NCBI GenBank assembly: GCA_903901875.1
Contig: CAIUSO010000142.1
Span: 9,836 to 73,835 of the forward strand
DNA from: an uncultured Geobacteraceae bacterium
GTDB lineage: Bacteria > Desulfobacterota > Desulfuromonadia > Geobacterales > Pseudopelobacteraceae
DNA: 64,000 nucleotides
Direction: 5' to 3'
Positions 58,853-64,000 of the stretch are shown here, in pieces; position 1 is the stretch's first letter; the number at the start of each line of letters is the position of its first letter. The position numbers and the translations under genes are program-made. Under the pieces are notes generated by a model. The model saw only the letters and a list, made by a program, of their open reading frames with translations. It did no database searches and was not told the origin of the DNA.

Positions 58853-59806
58853 ATGAGTAAAATTTATGCAGATAACTCGCAGTCGATTGGTAACACGCCA
58901 CTGGTAAAGCTGAACCACATCGTTGGTAACTCAAAAGCGATAATCCTGGCCAAAGTCGAAGGTCGAAATCCGGCCTATTCGGTTAAATGCCGCATTGGTG
59001 CTAACCTGATCTGGGATGCAGAACAGCGTGGCGTTTTAAAACCGGGTGTTGAGATTATTGAGCCAACTTCCGGTAATACGGGTATCGCTCTGGCATATGT
59101 TGCCGCTGCGCGCGGTTATAAACTGACACTGACCATGCCCGAAACCATGAGTATTGAGCGTCGCCGGGTGCTTGCAGCCTTAGGTGCCCATTTGATCCTG
59201 ACTCCCGGTGCTGAAGGAATGAAAGGTGCCATCAATCGGGCTGAGGAAATTGCCGCTGCTGAGCCGGAAAAATACTTCCTTCCTCAGCAATTCAAGAACC
59301 AGGCAAACCCGCAGATCCATGAAAAAACTACCGGACCGGAAATATGGGATGATACGGATGGAGCCATTGATGTACTGGTGTCCGGAGTCGGCACCGGCGG
59401 TACCATCACCGGAATCTCACGCTTTATTAAAAACAGTAAGGGCAAGAAGATTATTTCGGTAGCTGTTGAGCCGAAAGAGAGCCCCGTTATCACACAAAAA
59501 CTGGCCGGTCAGGAGATAAAGCCAGCCCCGCATAAAATACAGGGGATTGGTGCCGGATTTATTCCCGATACACTTGATCTTTCAATTATTGACAGGGTAG
59601 AGCAGGTAACCAGTGAGGACGCTATCGAATTTGCCAAGCGTTTGGCAAAGGAAGAAGGTCTGCTGGTCGGGATTTCCAGTGGTGCAGCGGTCGCAGCGGC
59701 GGTTCGGCTTGGGCAGCTGGATGAATTTGCAGGTAAAACAATAGTCGTCATTCTCCCCGATGGAGCCGAACGTTATTTGTCGACTGCACTCTTTGAGGGT
59801 ATTTGA
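58853..59806 (+). CDS. cysK: Cysteine synthase A (O-acetylserine sulfhydrylase)
   Basis: [21 protein letters not shown] (PLP lysine), [12 protein letters not shown] and [20 protein letters not shown] before the ATG at 58853. Confidence 0.92.
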   Translation: MSKIYADNSQSIGNTPLVKLNHIVGNSKAIILAKVEGRNPAYSVKCRIGANLIWDAEQRGVLKPGVEIIEPTSGNTGIALAYVAAARGYKLTLTMPETMSIERRRVLAALGAHLILTPGAEGMKGAINRAEEIAAAEPEKYFLPQQFKNQANPQIHEKTTGPEIWDDTDGAIDVLVSGVGTGGTITGISRFIKNSKGKKIISVAVEPKESPVITQKLAGQEIKPAPHKIQGIGAGFIPDTLDLSIIDRVEQVTSEDAIEFAKRLAKEEGLLVGISSGAAVAAAVRLGQLDEFAGKTIVVILPDGAERYLSTALFEGI

Positions 59807-59807
59807 T

Positions 59808-59990
59808 ATGGCGGTCATTCAGCCAGATCCCTGGAACCGTGAGTTGGAAAAAATCATTAAGGACGCTCTCAAGTCTGTCCGCTTCGGAACGGTCACACTC
59901 GTGGTACAGGATGGGAGAGTAATCCAGGTTGACAAGAACGAGAAAATCCGCATTGACAGAACCGGACATATTTATGGCAGTGGCATTTAG
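59808..59990 (+). CDS. YezD-like small protein (DUF2292)
   Basis: FGTVTLVVQDGRVIQVDKNEKIRI is the DUF2292 signature. The ATG lies 1 nt after the cysK stop. Confidence 0.75.
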   Translation: MAVIQPDPWNRELEKIIKDALKSVRFGTVTLVVQDGRVIQVDKNEKIRIDRTGHIYGSGI

Positions 59991-60037
59991 AGTCTGTACG
60001 CCTGAAAATTGATTATGTGCTGACCAGAAAAACTGGA

Positions 60038-60068
60038 GGCCGAGGGGAAAAATTCCCTCGGCCTTTTT
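60038..60068 (+). terminator. Intrinsic terminator after the cysK-yezD unit
   Basis: GGCCGAGGG gaaaaatt CCCTCGGCC followed by TTTTT. Confidence 0.75.
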
Positions 60069-60093
60069 ATATGTGAAATCAAGGAGAATATTT

Positions 60094-61278
60094 ATGGCTG
60101 CAAAGACACATCTCTTTACCTCCGAATCGGTGACCGAAGGTCATCCCGATAAACTGGCGGATCAGATTTCTGATTCGGTGCTTGATGCTCTGTTAGCGAA
60201 AGACCCACTTGCACGAGTCGCGTGTGAAACCGCCGTAACCACGGGGCTTGTCGTCATTATTGGTGAAACATCCTCCAAGGCCCAGATAAATGCCGTACGT
60301 ATTGCCCGTGATACCATCGCTGACGTTGGCTACACCAGTGCCGAACTCGGTCTGGATGCAGAGCACAGTGCCGTACTTGTTTCGCTGGATCAGCAGTCAC
60401 CGGATATAGCACAGGGGGTAAATACCGCCCTTGAACATCGTAACGGAGGTAATCACGATGGCTTTCTGGATTCAGTCGGTGCCGGCGACCAGGGAATGGT
60501 GTTTGGCTATGCCACCGATGAGACCTCTGAATATCTGCCTGCCAGTATTGCGCTGGCCCATGCTCTGACAAAGAAGCTGGCCACATCCCGGAAAAGCGGA
60601 GAGATCGGTTATCTGCGTCCCGATGGCAAAAGCCAGGTCACCGTTGAATTTGAGAATGGAGTTCCCAAGCGGATTGATACAATCGTCATTTCCACCCAGC
60701 ACAATCCCGATGTTGAGCTTGAGCAGATTCGCAAGGATGTGATTGAAAAAATCATCCAACCGGTGATCCCGTTCAATTTGCTTGATGACCGAACCCGTTT
60801 CTTTATCAATCCAACCGGCCGCTTTGTCGTTGGCGGGCCCCATGGTGACGCCGGTTTGACGGGACGAAAGATCATTGTGGACACCTACGGTGGCGTTGCC
60901 CGCCATGGCGGTGGTGCGTTCTCCGGAAAAGATCCAACGAAGGTCGACCGCTCGGGAGCATATGCCGCTCGCTATGTCGCAAAAAACATCGTTGCGGCGG
61001 GCCTGGCAAAAAAGATTGAGATCCAGATTGCCTATGCCATCGGAGTTGCCCGACCGGTTGCCGTGTTTGTAGAGACCTTCGGCACCGGAACCGTCAGTGA
61101 TGAGCAGCTTTCCCAATTGATCGCCGATAATTTCGATCTTCGCCCCGCTGCAATCATTGAACAGCTTGACCTGCGGCGTCCTATTTACCGCCAGACCGCA
61201 TCCTACGGTCATTTTGGCCGAACCGACCTGGATCTCCCCTGGGAGCGGCTCGATAAGGTTTCGAGCCTGACTCGATAG
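60094..61278 (+). CDS. metK: S-adenosylmethionine synthase
   Basis: [27 protein letters not shown] and [22 protein letters not shown] lies 8 nt upstream of the ATG at 60094. Confidence 0.95.
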   Translation: MAAKTHLFTSESVTEGHPDKLADQISDSVLDALLAKDPLARVACETAVTTGLVVIIGETSSKAQINAVRIARDTIADVGYTSAELGLDAEHSAVLVSLDQQSPDIAQGVNTALEHRNGGNHDGFLDSVGAGDQGMVFGYATDETSEYLPASIALAHALTKKLATSRKSGEIGYLRPDGKSQVTVEFENGVPKRIDTIVISTQHNPDVELEQIRKDVIEKIIQPVIPFNLLDDRTRFFINPTGRFVVGGPHGDAGLTGRKIIVDTYGGVARHGGGAFSGKDPTKVDRSGAYAARYVAKNIVAAGLAKKIEIQIAYAIGVARPVAVFVETFGTGTVSDEQLSQLIADNFDLRPAAIIEQLDLRRPIYRQTASYGHFGRTDLDLPWERLDKVSSLTR

Positions 61279-61313
61279 ACCATACAACCACAGCTTTCAC
61301 AAGGAAATCTGAT

Positions 61314-62561
61314 ATGTCAGATCAGCAGCTGCATACACACGAAATAGATACTCCCAAGGGACTGATTTCAAGCTTTCTGATCCTGAATATTGTTTCAGGT
61401 ACGGTGGGTGGGGCGATGCAGATTATCGTGCCGCTCTATGCCATGAGCTTACATGCGACGACAGCACAAATAGGTGTTATCAGAGGTATTTCCGGGCTGG
61501 GTATGCTCCTGCTGGTGATTCCAGCCGGTTTTTTGGTGGATCACTTCGGTTCTAAAAAGTTGTTTCTCGTTGGCAGTTTTTCCGGTTTTCTTTCGACTCT
61601 TGGCTTGACGCTGGCCAAGGTTCCGATTGCCATGATCGTATTGATGGGTATATCCGGGCTGTTCGGTTCCCTGAAGATGACCGCCCTGAATGCGTCATTT
61701 TTTAAAAATCTCAAAAACATGGGGCTTGATAAGGCGGGATGGTTCAAGGGCTCCATGTCAATTGGCCTGACTTTTCTGGGGCCCGCCTTCGGCGCATATC
61801 TGGTAAGTGTGGCAGGTTATATTTCTATCTTCTATTTCCTGTCCGCACTGACGTTGATTCCGGCCACCCTGGTGTTCTTTTTTCACAGCGAACCGGCACG
61901 ACGGGGACCGGTCAATGAACTCAACGGTATTATTCGCAGACAGCTTACCGAGTTTCGTGTGCTGTTCGGTCAAGGAAACCTGTATCTGCCGCTCTTGACT
62001 GAAACGCTCTCCACGGCATGCTTTGCCACCTTCAGCACCTTCATTGTCGTTATTTCAATCCAGATCCTGCATCTGCAGCCATCGGCCGCCTCGATTTTGA
62101 TGACTGCGGAAGGGGGCGTGTTCATTCTGACCGTATTTGCAGCCGGTCCGCTGATCAATCGACTGACCCAGTTTCAACTCTACCTGTTGAGTGTGACCGT
62201 AACGTCGGCAGGGCTTGCCATGGTCAGTTTCTCGACAAGCTTTGTACTTCTTGCGGTGAGCGCAGTCGTTTTGGGGCTCGGCCTGGGATTGATCAATCTG
62301 GTGACGTCATCACGAATCGGCAGCATGGAAGGTGAAAAGGGGAAGGTCGTTGCACTGTTTGCCGCCTCGGTTGGAGCAGGTATTTCACTGGGGCCTATTC
62401 TTGGTGGGATTGCGGGGCAGTTTTTTGGCACACAAAATATTTTTCTGATTTTTATACCGCTCTTTGTGGTGCTTGTGGCACTGGCATACCGGACCGACAT
62501 ACTGACGGTAACGTTACCGGATACTGGCGTGGTGCCGGAGAAAGGAGTTGCGATCGAATAA
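61314..62561 (+). CDS. MFS transporter
   Basis: A 415-aa polytopic protein of about 12 hydrophobic segments, with the motif-A-like loop GFLVDHFGSKK. Confidence 0.8.
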   Translation: MSDQQLHTHEIDTPKGLISSFLILNIVSGTVGGAMQIIVPLYAMSLHATTAQIGVIRGISGLGMLLLVIPAGFLVDHFGSKKLFLVGSFSGFLSTLGLTLAKVPIAMIVLMGISGLFGSLKMTALNASFFKNLKNMGLDKAGWFKGSMSIGLTFLGPAFGAYLVSVAGYISIFYFLSALTLIPATLVFFFHSEPARRGPVNELNGIIRRQLTEFRVLFGQGNLYLPLLTETLSTACFATFSTFIVVISIQILHLQPSAASILMTAEGGVFILTVFAAGPLINRLTQFQLYLLSVTVTSAGLAMVSFSTSFVLLAVSAVVLGLGLGLINLVTSSRIGSMEGEKGKVVALFAASVGAGISLGPILGGIAGQFFGTQNIFLIFIPLFVVLVALAYRTDILTVTLPDTGVVPEKGVAIE

Positions 62562-62689
62562 AGAGAAGCATGTTTTTCATGACAATGACGGCAATTGGAA
62601 GTGAGCGGAACCCCGCAGCTAAGTGTATTCACTACAAATTCCTTACTGATCAGACAACTGAAGGAAGCAAATGACAGGAGGAAGTAGTT

Positions 62690-64000
62690 ATGAAGGTTCG
62701 TTCAAATTTGAGTGTGCTTGTATTGGCAGCACTGCTGGCCAGTACGGCGGCCTACGGAGAAGATACCGTACCCGGAGCAGAAACGGCACCGGCAGAGACA
62801 AAAACCATATCACAGGAAAATTCCCCACCGGGAGAGGGTTTACAGATCCCGGAGAAAGATGAACCATTTGATGGCTCAGTTCCGGTGACACAGAGTGATA
62901 TAGATGGTGTCAGGGGTGAAGTCCAGCTGCTGCGCGACCAGTGGCAGAAAGGACTTGACCGAACGGTTGTACAAACCACACGTCTTATGGCCATTAGTGG
63001 TACCGGAACTTTCAAGTATTCCAAGGGTAATCAGTTTATCAACGATAATCAGGCCGCTGCCACCCCTGACTCTTTCAGTACCCCGTCGATAATCCTCAAT
63101 TTTAACGGCAATCTGTACAAGGACTATTTGGAAGGCAAAAATCTTAATTACTCACTCGGTCTGTCAACTTCCGATAAAGGTGCCATCAGCATCCAAAACG
63201 CCAATTTGACCTACAGTATTCTCAATACTCTTAATCTTGAAGGAGCGCAGCTAAGTATCACCGGCGGTCAGCAGAAGAAAACCTTCGGTATTGAAGCAAC
63301 CGCTGCGGAGGCTTTCAAACCGACGGTCAATGGAGCTCAGTTTACCAGCAAGTTGGGGTTGGATGCCCGCGATATCGGCTTTGTGCTGGCGGGGGATTTT
63401 TTCCCGACGGTTGACTATGGCTACAATTATCGTGTGCCCGCTGTTCAGTACTGGTTCGGACTTGTCAACGGTACCGGTGCCAATGCGGCTGAAACCAATA
63501 GCAGCAAGGATGTGTTTACCCGTATTCAGTTAAATGCACCGGTCAATTATGATCACCTGCTGCGAGGTCTCTCCCTCGGTGTGTCATACCTGACCGGCAA
63601 GACCGATTATACGGTGACCAATACAAAGTCCGATACCGCAACGTTTCTGAATACGTCAGGTACTACCTCATCCGTCTCCACCTCGTCAACTACAACCAAT
63701 ATTATCCAGGCGGGAACAAAGGAACGCTGGGGTGTTGATCTCGCCTATGTCAACACTCCGATCGGCTTTACTCTGGAATACGCCCATGGTCAGGATCTTA
63801 TTCCGACCAACGGTTCGGTTGCCACCAAGAATGGTGCCAACCCGGTAACCAAGCCCTACAGCTTCAAGGATACGAGTGAGGAAGGGTACACATTTACCCT
63901 CTTTTACAGCTTTGGCGACCAGTTCGTAAACGCCGCCAAGAATCAGGAACGCTTTGATGATTACTGGCCAAAGACCTATCAGCCCTTTGTCCGCTTTGAC
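62690..64000 (+). CDS. Outer-membrane porin (phosphate-selective porin O/P-like). The 3' end runs off the window.
   Basis: The ATG at 62690 has AGGAGGAAG upstream. The signal peptide is MKVRSNLSVLVLAALLASTAAYG. The frame stays open to the window end, with alternating beta-strand-like sequence rich in aromatic/Gly (YGYNYRVPAVQYWFGLVNG). It is not in the ORF track because it reaches the edge. Confidence 0.65.
   Translation, partial: MKVRSNLSVLVLAALLASTAAYGEDTVPGAETAPAETKTISQENSPPGEGLQIPEKDEPFDGSVPVTQSDIDGVRGEVQLLRDQWQKGLDRTVVQTTRLMAISGTGTFKYSKGNQFINDNQAAATPDSFSTPSIILNFNGNLYKDYLEGKNLNYSLGLSTSDKGAISIQNANLTYSILNTLNLEGAQLSITGGQQKKTFGIEATAAEAFKPTVNGAQFTSKLGLDARDIGFVLAGDFFPTVDYGYNYRVPAVQYWFGLVNGTGANAAETNSSKDVFTRIQLNAPVNYDHLLRGLSLGVSYLTGKTDYTVTNTKSDTATFLNTSGTTSSVSTSSTTTNIIQAGTKERWGVDLAYVNTPIGFTLEYAHGQDLIPTNGSVATKNGANPVTKPYSFKDTSEEGYTFTLFYSFGDQFVNAAKNQERFDDYWPKTYQPFVRFD

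Noticed and set aside
59991-60093. A possible SAM riboswitch upstream of metK
   Set aside because: The roughly 100-nt region is mostly occupied by the cysK-yezD terminator and the metK RBS. No SAM-I, SAM-II or SAM-V-like conserved helices are recognisable.

Overview
This 64-kb chromosomal segment is about 50% GC by eye. It is dense in signal-transduction genes: chemotaxis, c-di-GMP turnover, hybrid histidine kinases and a sigma-54 activator. It also carries anaerobic-type cobalamin genes (a CbiH-type module). I infer from this a motile anaerobic Desulfobacterota/Deltaproteobacteria-like genome; that assignment is not verified.

Gene order:
- a CheB/CheR-PAS-kinase-receiver giant (minus strand, runs off the left edge)
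- slyX and ychJ
- a 3-gene operon: acidic small protein, repeat lipoprotein, radical SAM
- DoxX and prfC
- the cheW-cheA-cheR-HDOD-cheB operon
- a sigma-54 activator and a lytic transglycosylase
- a cobalamin block: CbiH-CobQ fusion, cbiB, cobD
- an AT-richer block with two Cache-PAS diguanylate cyclase proteins and an AAA_14/DUF4143 ATPase
- glgC
- a GEMM-I riboswitch leader in front of two tandem hybrid kinases
- an M24 peptidase
- pirin, an MCP and a PstS-like binding protein
- lexA, a small membrane protein, recC, recB, recD and a CHAP-like lipoprotein
- a B12-binding CarH-like module plus a heme-oxygenase-like fusion protein
- Rrf2, cysK and a yezD-like gene
- metK, an MFS transporter, and a porin (runs off the right edge)

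I found no rRNA, tRNA, CRISPR array, transposase or integrase.

The most interesting candidates are:
1. the tightly packed lexA-to-amidase unit, which has a non-canonical perfect-palindrome operator and an unannotated small membrane protein
2. the standalone Wx9EH cobalamin sensor module paired with a heme-oxygenase-like two-domain protein
3. the second-messenger riboswitch controlling hybrid kinases
4. the radical SAM operon with a Cx4Cx2C cluster motif

Cobalamin-related functions recur across the window: the cob genes, a B12-type radical SAM and the B12 sensor module. All function calls come from reading motifs in the translations. No database search was possible.
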